NCBI GenBank assembly: GCA_052035405.1
Contig: JBPOHQ010000004.1
Span: 70,687-134,686, forward strand
Reading direction: 5' to 3'
DNA from: Candidatus Nomurabacteria bacterium
GTDB taxonomy: Bacteria > Patescibacteriota > Minisyncoccia > Phycocordibacterales > UBA9973
DNA length: 64,000 bases
Shown here: piece after piece, positions 9,797-18,646 of the stretch
How positions within the stretch are numbered: the stretch's first letter is position 1
Layout: every line of letters starts with the position of its first letter
Position numbers and translations under genes: made by a program
Notes under the pieces: generated by a model
Databases searched by the model: none
The model's input: only the letters and a program-made list of their open reading frames with translations
What the model was told of the DNA's origin: nothing

Positions 9797-11239
9797 TTAT
9801 TTTATTAACTCTTTTAGTAATTTAATAACAACTTGAGGGTTTGCTGAGCCATTTGTTTCTTTGATTATTTTACCAACGAGGGACATGATAGCGTTTTCTT
9901 TACCACCCTTGTATGTAGTCACAACTTCAGGATTTTCAGAAATTATTTTTTCTACTATGCCCTTGAGTTCACCTTCGTCATTTTTCTGTAGAAGGTTTTT
10001 CTCTGTTGCTATCTTCAGCGGAGATTCATCGTTTAATACAATCATAGCGAGGATATCTTTTGCTCCACGAGAAGATATAGTGTTTTCTGAAAGCATATTT
10101 GCTAGCTCTGCAAAGTTTGTAGCACTTGGAAGTTTTACTTCGCTGTTTGCTTTTTTCAATCCCAAAAAGTCTGTCGTTATATAGTTTGACGCTACTTTTA
10201 TTTTTTCTGCATTACCGAGAATTTTAGCAACTTCTTCAAACCATAAAGCTAAAGACAAGTCATTTATATAACTCTCAATATCCTCATCTTTAATTCCAAA
10301 ATCTTTTCTGTAGCGTATTCTCTTTTCTTCTGGTAATTCCCCTAAGCTTTCTTTTAATTCTTTAAATTCTGGGCCACCAAAAGCTTCATAAAGTTTCATT
10401 TTAGCAAGGTCTGGATCGGGGAAATACCGGTAGTCCTCACTAGACTCCTTTTTCCTCTGAGACATTGTTTTCTGTTTTGCTTCATCCCATCCACGAGTTT
10501 CTTTGACTATTTCATCTTGCTTCCCTTCTTCCCAGAGTTCGATCATTCGTTCTACCTCATATTTGATAGCTTTTTCTACAGTCTTAAAAGAGTTTAAGTT
10601 TTTAACCTCCACATAACCTTTCCATAATTTGTCTTTCTCTGGAGACACAGAGACGTTCGCCTCTACACGCATCTCACCCTTTTCCATATTCGCTTCTGAG
10701 GCACCGATGTATTGCAAAAGTAGCTGATACTCCTTTGCAAAATTACTTGCCACCTTTGCTGCTTCATTAGGGTCTTCAAAAGTATGCGGTTCGGTCACAA
10801 GCTCCATCAGCGGAACTCCAGCACGATTAAAATCAATTAAAGAAAAATCTCCTCTATCATGCTTGTTATTTGCAGTATCTTCCTCTAGGTGAATCCGAGT
10901 CACATCCATATTTGCAAGTCGTCCACCAGAGACTATTGGGTATTTGAGCTGAGAAATCTGATACCCTTTTGGAATATCAGGATAAAAATAGTTCTTACGA
11001 TCAAACTCTGAGAAGTCAGCAATCTTTGCTCCTATAGCAAGACCTACACGGATAACTTGCTCTATGGCCTTTTTATTAGGAACTGGTAATGCTCCTGGAT
11101 GTGCCATACATACAGGACATATATTAACGTTTGGTTTTGTTTCGTCCGGATCGTTCTTGCAAGCACAGAACATTTTTGTCTTGGTCTTGAGCTCCGCGTG
11201 TATTTCAAGTCCGATGGTTGTGTAATATTTTTTCTCCAT
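9797..11239 (-). CDS. gatB: Asp/Glu-tRNA(Asn/Gln) amidotransferase subunit B
   Basis: 480 aa; N-terminal GatB core (TIGLEIHAEL, cysteine cluster CPVCMAHPGALP) and C-terminal GatB/YqeY domain; no gatA or gatC adjacent. Confidence 0.88.
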   Translation of the reverse strand: MEKKYYTTIGLEIHAELKTKTKMFCACKNDPDETKPNVNICPVCMAHPGALPVPNKKAIEQVIRVGLAIGAKIADFSEFDRKNYFYPDIPKGYQISQLKYPIVSGGRLANMDVTRIHLEEDTANNKHDRGDFSLIDFNRAGVPLMELVTEPHTFEDPNEAAKVASNFAKEYQLLLQYIGASEANMEKGEMRVEANVSVSPEKDKLWKGYVEVKNLNSFKTVEKAIKYEVERMIELWEEGKQDEIVKETRGWDEAKQKTMSQRKKESSEDYRYFPDPDLAKMKLYEAFGGPEFKELKESLGELPEEKRIRYRKDFGIKDEDIESYINDLSLALWFEEVAKILGNAEKIKVASNYITTDFLGLKKANSEVKLPSATNFAELANMLSENTISSRGAKDILAMIVLNDESPLKIATEKNLLQKNDEGELKGIVEKIISENPEVVTTYKGGKENAIMSLVGKIIKETNGSANPQVVIKLLKELIK

Positions 11240-11256
11240 TGTTTTATTATTATAGC

Positions 11257-12267
11257 CTAAATCTTTTTTAAAATCTTAGTAAGTTCATCTTTGAATTCTT
11301 TAGTACTTTTGTCGTCAAATAGTGATATAGTAAAGACCTTTTTACCGAGTTTTTCAAACTTAGCTTTTTCTTTTTCAATAACTTTCTCTAGTTTTGCTCC
11401 TTCTAATGGTATTACATCAGTCTTTGTTAGTATTATTATCTCATCTTTTTCTGCTAAGCCTTCAGATCCAAGACCTACGGACTTATCATACTTCTCTAAC
11501 TCCTTACGTATCTCTTTATAACTCTTCATCATATTTGGATTCTCAAAAGATACAAGATGAGCCAAAACTTTTGTCCTTTTAATATGTCGCAAGAATTTTA
11601 TACCAAGTCCCTTGCCTTCTGAGGCACCTTCGATAACTCCTGGAATATCAGCGATAATGTATTTATAAAACACTCCGAGGTTTGGATCTAGCGTAGTAAA
11701 AGCATAGTCTCCTACTTTTGCATCAGCGTTTGTAAGTACATTCAAAAGGGATGACTTGCCAGCGTTTGGCAACCCTACAAGTCCAAGATCAGCAAAAAGT
11801 TCGAGCTCTATTTGAAAATTTCCTTTTTCTCCTTCAGCTCCTTCATTTGCTTTAAGTGGAGTCACATTCGTAGAGCTTTTAAAATGCTCATTCCCAAACC
11901 CTCCATACCCACCCTTGAGTAGTAATACTTTTTGTCCTTCTTTTTCGAGTCTATACACTTCTTCTGTATCTAAGTTTGTGATGACTGTTCCTACAGGAAC
12001 TTCAAGCATAAAATCCTCTCCGCTTTTTCCATGAAGACTTTTTCCCCCACCGTCTTCACCTTTTTCTCCAATGAACTTCTTTTTTGCTTTATATTTTGAA
12101 AGTATATTTACATCTCTTACAGCAACAGCATAGAAGTCTGCTCCACGACCTCCATCTCCTCCAGCAGGACCACCTTTCGGTATAAATTTTTCTTGTCGCC
12201 AGCGTACAACACCGTTTCCACCACGTCCTGCTTCTGCGTATATTTTTAATTCGTCAGTAAATGCCAT
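11257..12267 (-). CDS. obg: GTPase Obg/CgtA
   Basis: N-terminal Obg fold with Gly-rich loops (GGPAGGDGGRG) followed by G-domain (GLPNAGKSSLL, DIPG). Confidence 0.88.
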   Translation of the reverse strand: MAFTDELKIYAEAGRGGNGVVRWRQEKFIPKGGPAGGDGGRGADFYAVAVRDVNILSKYKAKKKFIGEKGEDGGGKSLHGKSGEDFMLEVPVGTVITNLDTEEVYRLEKEGQKVLLLKGGYGGFGNEHFKSSTNVTPLKANEGAEGEKGNFQIELELFADLGLVGLPNAGKSSLLNVLTNADAKVGDYAFTTLDPNLGVFYKYIIADIPGVIEGASEGKGLGIKFLRHIKRTKVLAHLVSFENPNMMKSYKEIRKELEKYDKSVGLGSEGLAEKDEIIILTKTDVIPLEGAKLEKVIEKEKAKFEKLGKKVFTISLFDDKSTKEFKDELTKILKKI

Positions 12268-13196
12268 AAATTTTTCTTTGTTTTTATTGATAAAGACTTT
12301 TGAGCTATTGCCATAGCACCCTCTTTAGAATGTGCTGTTATCAAAAATCCACCCCTGTGAGCAAATAATGCATCAGGCACACCGGTGAGCTCTTTGAGTC
12401 TTGGATCATTATTTACCCCAAGTCTCCAACTCTCTGGAAACATCTTTCTACTTTCAAATGTAGTACGATTTTTAGCTATTGCCTCAGCTTTCCAGTTTTT
12501 ACCAAATATACCAGGGTATACTGTGTAAATAGGCTCAGGTAGCTCGGAAAGAACTCTTTGAAATAAATATCTAGGAAAAGATATGTCCATCTCTACAATT
12601 CTTTTATCTTTTGAATTGTTGTAAAATTCTAGAATTTTCTTTTTACCTTCTACATCGTCTGTTGCTACCTTTATCTCTCTTTTCAAAATTTCAACTGCCT
12701 TCATCACTTGATCCATAAACACCTCATCTATGTTTACATTGTTTTCTTCTTTCCATGTTGGATGATAAGACATGAGCATCTGGTCAGCAGTATATGGGTA
12801 AATATTTTTATATTTTATATTGACTAAATCTATACCGTTATCAACTGCATCTATAGGGGAAACAAGTTTTCTTTCTATTTCATCAGCTGCTTCTTTGTCT
12901 CCACATATTTGTTCTCCAAATTTTTTCCAAACCAACCCAAAAGAAGCATACTCTATACCGTTTTCATGCATACCCGCACCACCTTGCTGATGATGGTCAA
13001 ACCGATCTGTTTCCTCATCATATACCCCACCAACATCAAACACAACATCTGCTTTTTCTATAAGTTCGGTCTCCCGAGTACGAGTGACTCTTATACGTCC
13101 GTTTAGTAGTACATAAAGAGTTGCACACGCAAAAACATCATCGGCATGAAATGATCCATTGTGAGTAACTAAATTGTTAATTCCTTTCGTTATCAT
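12246..13196 (-). CDS. MYG1-family metal-dependent hydrolase (UPF0160)
   Basis: HNGSFHADDVFA motif near the N-terminus and overall ~316 aa MYG1 architecture; overlaps obg by 22 nt. Confidence 0.8.
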   Translation of the reverse strand: MITKGINNLVTHNGSFHADDVFACATLYVLLNGRIRVTRTRETELIEKADVVFDVGGVYDEETDRFDHHQQGGAGMHENGIEYASFGLVWKKFGEQICGDKEAADEIERKLVSPIDAVDNGIDLVNIKYKNIYPYTADQMLMSYHPTWKEENNVNIDEVFMDQVMKAVEILKREIKVATDDVEGKKKILEFYNNSKDKRIVEMDISFPRYLFQRVLSELPEPIYTVYPGIFGKNWKAEAIAKNRTTFESRKMFPESWRLGVNNDPRLKELTGVPDALFAHRGGFLITAHSKEGAMAIAQKSLSIKTKKNLWHLLTN

Positions 13197-13242
13197 AAAA
13201 TCATTCAGATCTAAAGAACATCCTTATTAGATATTTCGTATT

Positions 13243-13692
13243 TTAAAACAAAGAATCTACCACTTCTTTTACGACCGTTCCATCTGCTTTACCTTTGAGG
13301 TCTTTCATAAGCCCTGCCATCAGTATTCCTTTTTTTGTAGCATCAGTTAGACCAAGTTCTTCTTTTTTTATTTGTGCAATCTTCAGGACTTCATCTCGTT
13401 CCATCATTTTTGGTAAATATTTTTCTAAAATCGCAAGCTCTGCTTCTTCTTCTTTTACTAAATCTTCCCTACCTCCTTTTTTAAATTGCTCTATTGAATC
13501 TTTTCTTTGTTTTGAAAGTTTTGTAATAACAGCTAAGGTCTCCTCATCCGTTAGGAACTCATCAGGCTTACGGCCTTTTACCATAACTTCACTCATAAAA
13601 GCTGCAACCATATTACGAAGTGCCTTAAGCAGTACAGCATCCTTAGCTATCATCGCTTCTTTAATTCCTCCTTTTATTTGTTCGTGTAACAT
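13243..13692 (-). CDS. GatB/YqeY-domain protein
   Basis: 149 aa; YqeY-like ...KEAMIAKDAVLLKALR... and C-terminal GatB_Yqey fold similarity. Confidence 0.75.
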   Translation of the reverse strand: MLHEQIKGGIKEAMIAKDAVLLKALRNMVAAFMSEVMVKGRKPDEFLTDEETLAVITKLSKQRKDSIEQFKKGGREDLVKEEEAELAILEKYLPKMMERDEVLKIAQIKKEELGLTDATKKGILMAGLMKDLKGKADGTVVKEVVDSLF

Positions 13693-13851
13693 ATATAAAA
13701 ATTTTATTTCTAAAAAGAAATATTATTATTTATGGAGTCTTTCACAGGACGACGGTCCGAGAATAAGCAAAAATTCAGCAGAATTTTATGCGACTCCAGA
13801 AATGATGATATTTCTTTTTCTATTATACTAACAACATGCTAAAATAGCTAT

Positions 13852-14568
13852 ATGAAAAAAATCATATTTTTTGACACAGAGACCACTGGAAATGAAACCA
13901 AAGACTTTCTCTGTCAGATAGCATACAAGACAGATAATGAGACTTTTAGTGGTCTCTACAAACCTCCTTTCAAAATTCCACCAGAGGCATCAGCAGTGCA
14001 CCACATATCAAACAAAATGGTTGAGGATAAACCTGCATTTAGTGAAAGTCCTGATAGTAAAAAAATCAAGGATTTGTTTGAAGATGCAAATTCTGTCGTC
14101 GTGGCCCACAATGCACCTTTTGACTTGATGATTATTAAAAAAGAAGACATCACTCCAGCAAACTTTATCTGCACCCTCCGAGTCGCTCGACAATTGGACA
14201 CAGAAGAAAAGATAGAAAAATACAATCTCCAATACTTGCGATACCTACTCGACATAGAAGTAGAAGCTCAGGCTCATGATGCACTTGGTGACGTCCTCGT
14301 ACTCGAAAAACTTTTTGAAAGGTTAAAGAAAAAAATAATAGACACAGACGGCGTAAATGAAGAAGAAGCTATAAATAAAATGATAGAGATATCTTCACAC
14401 CCTTCTATATTTACCAAGCTAAACTTTGGAAAACACAAAGGCAAGAGAATTGAAGAAGTCCTCCAGACAGACCGCGGATGGCTCCAGTGGTTACTCGACG
14501 AAAAGACTAAAAGTGAAGTTCCGGATGAAGATTGGATATATACACTCAAACACTATTTACAAAAATAA
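13852..14568 (+). CDS. DEDDh 3'-5' exonuclease (DnaQ-like) with C-terminal extra domain
   Basis: Exo I motif IFFDTETTG, Exo II HNAPFD, Exo III H-x4-D (AHDALGD); C-terminal ~70 aa with FGKHKGKRIEEV...WLQWLL, reminiscent of exonuclease X-type C-terminal domains. Confidence 0.75.
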   Translation: MKKIIFFDTETTGNETKDFLCQIAYKTDNETFSGLYKPPFKIPPEASAVHHISNKMVEDKPAFSESPDSKKIKDLFEDANSVVVAHNAPFDLMIIKKEDITPANFICTLRVARQLDTEEKIEKYNLQYLRYLLDIEVEAQAHDALGDVLVLEKLFERLKKKIIDTDGVNEEEAINKMIEISSHPSIFTKLNFGKHKGKRIEEVLQTDRGWLQWLLDEKTKSEVPDEDWIYTLKHYLQK

Positions 14569-14597
14569 AACCCCTGCACTTTTGCAGGGGGATTTTA
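14567..14597. terminator. rho-independent terminator hairpin (CCCCTGCA-ctttt-TGCAGGGG + T-run)
   Basis: Perfect 8-bp GC-rich stem followed by GATTTT directly after the exonuclease stop; convergent with the 14612..15103 gene. Confidence 0.7.
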
Positions 14598-14611
14598 AAA
14601 TTTAAAAAAAA

Positions 14612-15103
14612 TTATTTTTTGGTTCTGATTATAGGAAAGATTTTCAGACTAATCAAAACAGCCACTACAAATCCTCCCAATAAAAAAATTGCTGTTTGAT
14701 GGTTTTCATACCAAACAACAACTCCGTCCCACCACTCTAAAAAAGGAAGCCAGACTTTTAAATAAAACAAATACCCAAAAAAACAGATTAAACCAAAAAT
14801 TATCGCTCTCATTCCTAGCCAGGCAACAAAAAAGTTTATTCGAATCTTTTTTTCCTTTTCTTGTTGCTCTGCAGAACGAGCATTTTCTTCTGCTTCCTTT
14901 GCTTCTTGGTAGGCTTCAGAATTTTGAGAAATTTTTTCCCAGGCTTTTGATATATCAAAAGGTGTTCCTTCTCCCCACAAAGCAGCATTTATTTTTTTCC
15001 ACAAGGAAATACGTTCCTCGTATGTCCCCGTAGTTACACTGTTACGGCAAGTATCCAAAATCTCATCAGAAATTTCTGGATAAGTTTTTTTCCTGTATTC
15101 CAT
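14612..15103 (-). CDS. hypothetical membrane protein
   Basis: 163 aa; soluble N-terminal half, 3 predicted TM helices in C-terminal half; no recognised family. Confidence 0.5.
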   Translation of the reverse strand: MEYRKKTYPEISDEILDTCRNSVTTGTYEERISLWKKINAALWGEGTPFDISKAWEKISQNSEAYQEAKEAEENARSAEQQEKEKKIRINFFVAWLGMRAIIFGLICFFGYLFYLKVWLPFLEWWDGVVVWYENHQTAIFLLGGFVVAVLISLKIFPIIRTKK

Positions 15104-15169
15104 GAATATGAATATTTTTTAAGTGAACAAATTTATTTTTCAATCATAGTTAACAATATTTAGATAGGA

Positions 15170-15198
15170 TTGTCAACACATACAAACTCTTGTAATAT
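15170..15198 (+). promoter_or_regulatory. sigma70-like promoter with extended -10 (TTGTCA-N17-TGnTAATAT) upstream of rmuC
   Basis: ttgtcaacacatacaaactcttgtaatat read directly, ~15 nt before the rmuC start codon. Confidence 0.45.
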
Positions 15199-15213
15199 TG
15201 CTAAAATCATACT

Positions 15214-16275
15214 ATGCAGAATATTGAATCTATTATTATCGCATTGCTTGTAGGCGGGATTGTCGCTTACTTTATTTTTGGTAGAAAAAAGGAGGCTCAG
15301 ATCGAAGAAAAGAAAGACGACATAGGCTTAAATCTAATACTCACTCAGCTCAATGAGCTTAGCAGAACTGTAGACAACAAGCTCGGCGAGAGTCAAAAGC
15401 AGGTAAACGAAAGCCTCAAATTCCATTCAAGTGAATCCAACAGAATTATCCAAGATGTAACAGAAAAGCTCACAAGACTAGATGAGACGAACAAGCAAGT
15501 CATATCTTTCGCAGATCAACTCCAAAGTCTGGAAAACATTTTAAAGAATCCAAAACAACGCGGTATCCTCGGCGAATACTATTTAGAGACAGTGTTAAAA
15601 AATGTTCTTCCTCCAGGCAGCTATCAGATGCAATACCCTTTTCCTGATGGGACTATCGTCGATGCTGTTGTGTTCGTTAAAGACAAAATAATTCCAATAG
15701 ATTCCAAATTCTCTCTCGAGAACTATAACAAAATGATAGAGGCGATAGATACGACAGAGAAGAAAAGGCTCGAGACAGTATTCGTAAATGATTTAAAAAA
15801 TAGAATAGTAGAGACTTCTAAATACGTGCAGCCCGGACAGAGAACAACGGACTTCGCTTTCATGTTTATCCCTCACGAAGCTATATATTATGATCTAATT
15901 ACAAACAAGATTGGTGGGCTTAAGGATGAAGAAAATGAAAATCTGATCCAAAGAGCAAGTGGTAAATACAAAGTCATTATCACTTCCCCTACTTCTTTCT
16001 TAGCTTATTTACAGACAGTATTACAAGGTTTGAAAGCGTTACAAATAGAAGAATCAGCAAAAGAGATAATAAAGAGAGTCGAAGAACTCGGTAAGCATTT
16101 AAAGAGTTATGATGAATACCACAACAAGCTCGGGACTTCCCTCTCTACTGTGGTAAACCATTACAATTCTTCAAACAAAGAACTGAAGAAAATAGACAAA
16201 GATGTACTTCGTATTGCTGGTACTTCTCCGGAACTTAGTTTACTTGAGATAACAAAACCTGAAATACATGACTGA
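15214..16275 (+). CDS. rmuC: DNA recombination protein RmuC
   Basis: N-terminal TM plus long coiled coil, C-terminal RmuC nuclease-like region (DFAFMFIPHEAIYYDL). Confidence 0.75.
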   Translation: MQNIESIIIALLVGGIVAYFIFGRKKEAQIEEKKDDIGLNLILTQLNELSRTVDNKLGESQKQVNESLKFHSSESNRIIQDVTEKLTRLDETNKQVISFADQLQSLENILKNPKQRGILGEYYLETVLKNVLPPGSYQMQYPFPDGTIVDAVVFVKDKIIPIDSKFSLENYNKMIEAIDTTEKKRLETVFVNDLKNRIVETSKYVQPGQRTTDFAFMFIPHEAIYYDLITNKIGGLKDEENENLIQRASGKYKVIITSPTSFLAYLQTVLQGLKALQIEESAKEIIKRVEELGKHLKSYDEYHNKLGTSLSTVVNHYNSSNKELKKIDKDVLRIAGTSPELSLLEITKPEIHD

Positions 16276-16900
16276 AAAAGGACTTAGAAAGAAAATAGAA
16301 AATACAGCTAAAAGGGTTACCGAACTTGGTGCAGACAAGTTGATATTTTTTGAAGGTAAACCTGAAGAAACAGAAACAGCGAAAATTGTTAAAAATGAGA
16401 CCTTACCCATTACAGAAACCCCTAAAAAGGAGACAATAGACAACAAAAGGATAAACATTCCAAATGATCCAAATTTTGTAAAAGGATATTCTATTCCAAA
16501 AAATTCAGTGGGTAATACTTTGCCAGATTTTAACTTTGAAAAAATACAAGTATTGGGTTCTGTCGTTGGTTCGTTAGAAAATGAAGACGTCGTTCGAATC
16601 GAATATATAGGACATGGGGCAGTTCTTCGTACAAATGGATCGGGATTTGATCATGTTTTTTATTTTAAATCTCAAATAAGAAATCCTAAAGGAAAAATAA
16701 TAGATACAAATTACTATCCTTCTCATCGTGAGAGCGGACATATTACATCTAAAGGTAGCAATAGTACTTTTTATGGGTGGTTTTTAAATTTACTTGAACT
16801 TGAAATAAAAAGTTTAAAAATAGAACAAACAGAATGGGTACCCAATACTCGTAAAAATGGGTTCTATAGTTTTAGGTGCTTTGCACCAAAAGAAATATAG
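16268..16900 (+). CDS. hypothetical protein
   Basis: 210 aa; overlaps rmuC stop by 8 nt (coupled); no recognised domain. Confidence 0.5.
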   Translation: MTEKGLRKKIENTAKRVTELGADKLIFFEGKPEETETAKIVKNETLPITETPKKETIDNKRINIPNDPNFVKGYSIPKNSVGNTLPDFNFEKIQVLGSVVGSLENEDVVRIEYIGHGAVLRTNGSGFDHVFYFKSQIRNPKGKIIDTNYYPSHRESGHITSKGSNSTFYGWFLNLLELEIKSLKIEQTEWVPNTRKNGFYSFRCFAPKEI

Positions 16901-16961
16901 ATAGTACCCTTACCTGAGTGGTATCTAATATTTTTCTTGCTTATACCTCTCTTAAAATAGT

Positions 16962-17053
16962 GGTGAGCGTTCAGCAGATAGAACTAAACGATTCCTTACC
17001 CCACAAGGTCGGTTTGGTGGATTTTAGTAAAGTAAAACGACCCTTCTCGTGCG
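16962..17053 (+). ncRNA. element X copy 1: conserved ~91-nt structured intergenic element (unknown ncRNA family; strand uncertain)
   Basis: Shares a 5' block GGTGAGCGTTCAGCAGATAGAAC and a 3' block ACGACCCTTCTCGTGCG with copies at 39291 and 40373; internal hairpin CCTT-N8-AAGG covaries between copies. Confidence 0.55.
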
Positions 17054-17740
17054 TCAATTATCTAAATCAATCTTGTCTAGAGAAATTTGTTCTTTAAAAG
17101 TTTTTCCTGTTTCTTTTTCCGCAATGTATGCCATTAGTAGAAGTAAACCTGTGGTATATCCAAAAATTAAAGCGTATAGAGATTCATCCAGTTTCTGTTT
17201 AAGTCCTCCATCGTCATTATATACATTAGCTTCAACTCGATACTTCTTATCTTTCACATATATAAAAACATTTGCCGTCTTATGTACCGAAGAATCTCTT
17301 AAATTTCTTAGGTCAGAAAAAATTTTATTATCAAGATGTTTTCTAAATTTTTCTTCAATTTCTGGATATTCACCTGATTGAACCTTCTTAAGAAATTTAT
17401 TAAAACTTTTTTGCTGGACACCATATTGATCTTTGAGAAAAATGAGTAGGTAGTCATAAATAGATCTTGCTAGAGTTAAATAGCTTTCAAATAACCCTGC
17501 CAATATCTCATGGTTTACATCATGTTTCGCATCATTTATTTCTTTTTCACCAGCTTTGTATAAAATGTCCCCAATTATTCCAGTCCTAAAAAGACGAAAA
17601 AAGATTTGTGATGAAATTTGACCTTTCTTTTTATGGAGTACATTTTTAACAAAATAATTCTGAGATAATGCATGAAAAGCATATGAGGATGGTTTATCAA
17701 AACTAAATTTAAAATATTTATTTGTAAGCTCTAATGACAT
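17054..17740 (-). CDS. hypothetical protein
   Basis: 228 aa, no recognised motif; bracketed by element X copy 1 and tRNA-Glu. Confidence 0.5.
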   Translation of the reverse strand: MSLELTNKYFKFSFDKPSSYAFHALSQNYFVKNVLHKKKGQISSQIFFRLFRTGIIGDILYKAGEKEINDAKHDVNHEILAGLFESYLTLARSIYDYLLIFLKDQYGVQQKSFNKFLKKVQSGEYPEIEEKFRKHLDNKIFSDLRNLRDSSVHKTANVFIYVKDKKYRVEANVYNDDGGLKQKLDESLYALIFGYTTGLLLLMAYIAEKETGKTFKEQISLDKIDLDN

Positions 17741-17785
17741 ATACCAATATCATATACAGCACCTTCTCGTGCGCGCTGTTGACGG

Positions 17786-17857
17786 TGACCTCACGGAGAA
17801 TCGAACTCCGATTAGCGGATTGAGAACCCGCTGTCCTAACCGTTAGACGATGAGGCC
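17786..17857 (-). tRNA. tRNA-Glu (anticodon CUC)
   Basis: Reverse complement GGCCTCA-TC-GTCTAACGGTTAGGAC-A-GCGGG-TTCTCAA-TCCGC-TAAT-CGGAG-TTCGATT-CTCCG-TGAGGTC-A(CC) folds as a cloverleaf. Confidence 0.75.
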
Positions 17858-17980
17858 AATATAACTAAACTACACTAAAATACTAACAAAATAAAGTTTT
17901 TTTGCAAAATAAAAATAAAAAAGCTCAGGCCCTACAAATACATGTAGTTCCTGAGCTTTAATTATTATTACAAAGTTGTT

Positions 17981-18466
17981 TTAGTATAACATAGCAACCC
18001 TGCAAGTGTCAGAACAAAAATAAATACTATCTGCTTTTATAAAGACCTTTTCAGGTAGCCATGTAAAATAAACTTTTCTTCTAAAGAAAGTATCATTTTC
18101 TGCTGTAAGCACATGTATCATACCTCCATCACTAAAAATAGCCACTTCTTTTTGTTCTATTTGTTCTATTTTTATTTTTGTAAAGTTAACTTTTGATAAA
18201 GTTGTTATAGGAACAAGCCCCTTGTCTACAGAAAGTAAATTAAGTGTATAAAAACCATAATTAGATATAGCAAAAACAATAAACTTTTTTTGAGAGTCGT
18301 ATAAAATTTGTGAAAAATCAAGATTATTATTGTTTTCAATCCTACAAAAACCATGGTCTTTTTGACAAGGAACAATATAATAATCTAAAGAATCATGTAA
18401 TAATTGTTCCCGCAAAAAAATCCCAAGAAAAACCAAAATAAGAACTATGAACAGCTTACCTAACAT
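17981..18466 (-). CDS. hypothetical secreted/membrane-anchored protein
   Basis: 161 aa with N-terminal hydrophobic signal/anchor (LGKLFIVLILVFLGIFL); followed by a 10-bp-stem hairpin at ~17921-17962. Confidence 0.45.
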   Translation of the reverse strand: MLGKLFIVLILVFLGIFLREQLLHDSLDYYIVPCQKDHGFCRIENNNNLDFSQILYDSQKKFIVFAISNYGFYTLNLLSVDKGLVPITTLSKVNFTKIKIEQIEQKEVAIFSDGGMIHVLTAENDTFFRRKVYFTWLPEKVFIKADSIYFCSDTCRVAMLY

Positions 18467-18646
18467 GAAAAAAAAATTTAAAGGTGAAGGAAAAAAATAA
18501 TTTATTTAAAATTCCATTCTTTCGTCATCTTTAAAACAAATTTTTTAAAGAACAAATTAGTTACCTTTTTAACCTAACACGACTAAACAAAAAAGTCAAT
18601 AAAACTACAAGAGCATTTGTAGAACATTCAGAGTATAATTACCTAC

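Noticed and set aside
16962-17053. Element X interpreted as a tRNA or tmRNA
   Set aside because: I tried folding both orientations. The minus-strand 3' end mimics discriminator plus CCA, but there is no complementary 5' acceptor strand, no D-arm and no canonical T-loop. It is not a tRNA, and it is too short for tmRNA or RNase P RNA.
17049-17381. ORF 17049..17381 (+) antisense to the 17054..17740 gene
   Set aside because: It is fully contained antisense within a longer ORF, has no motif, and would run through element X's 3' end.
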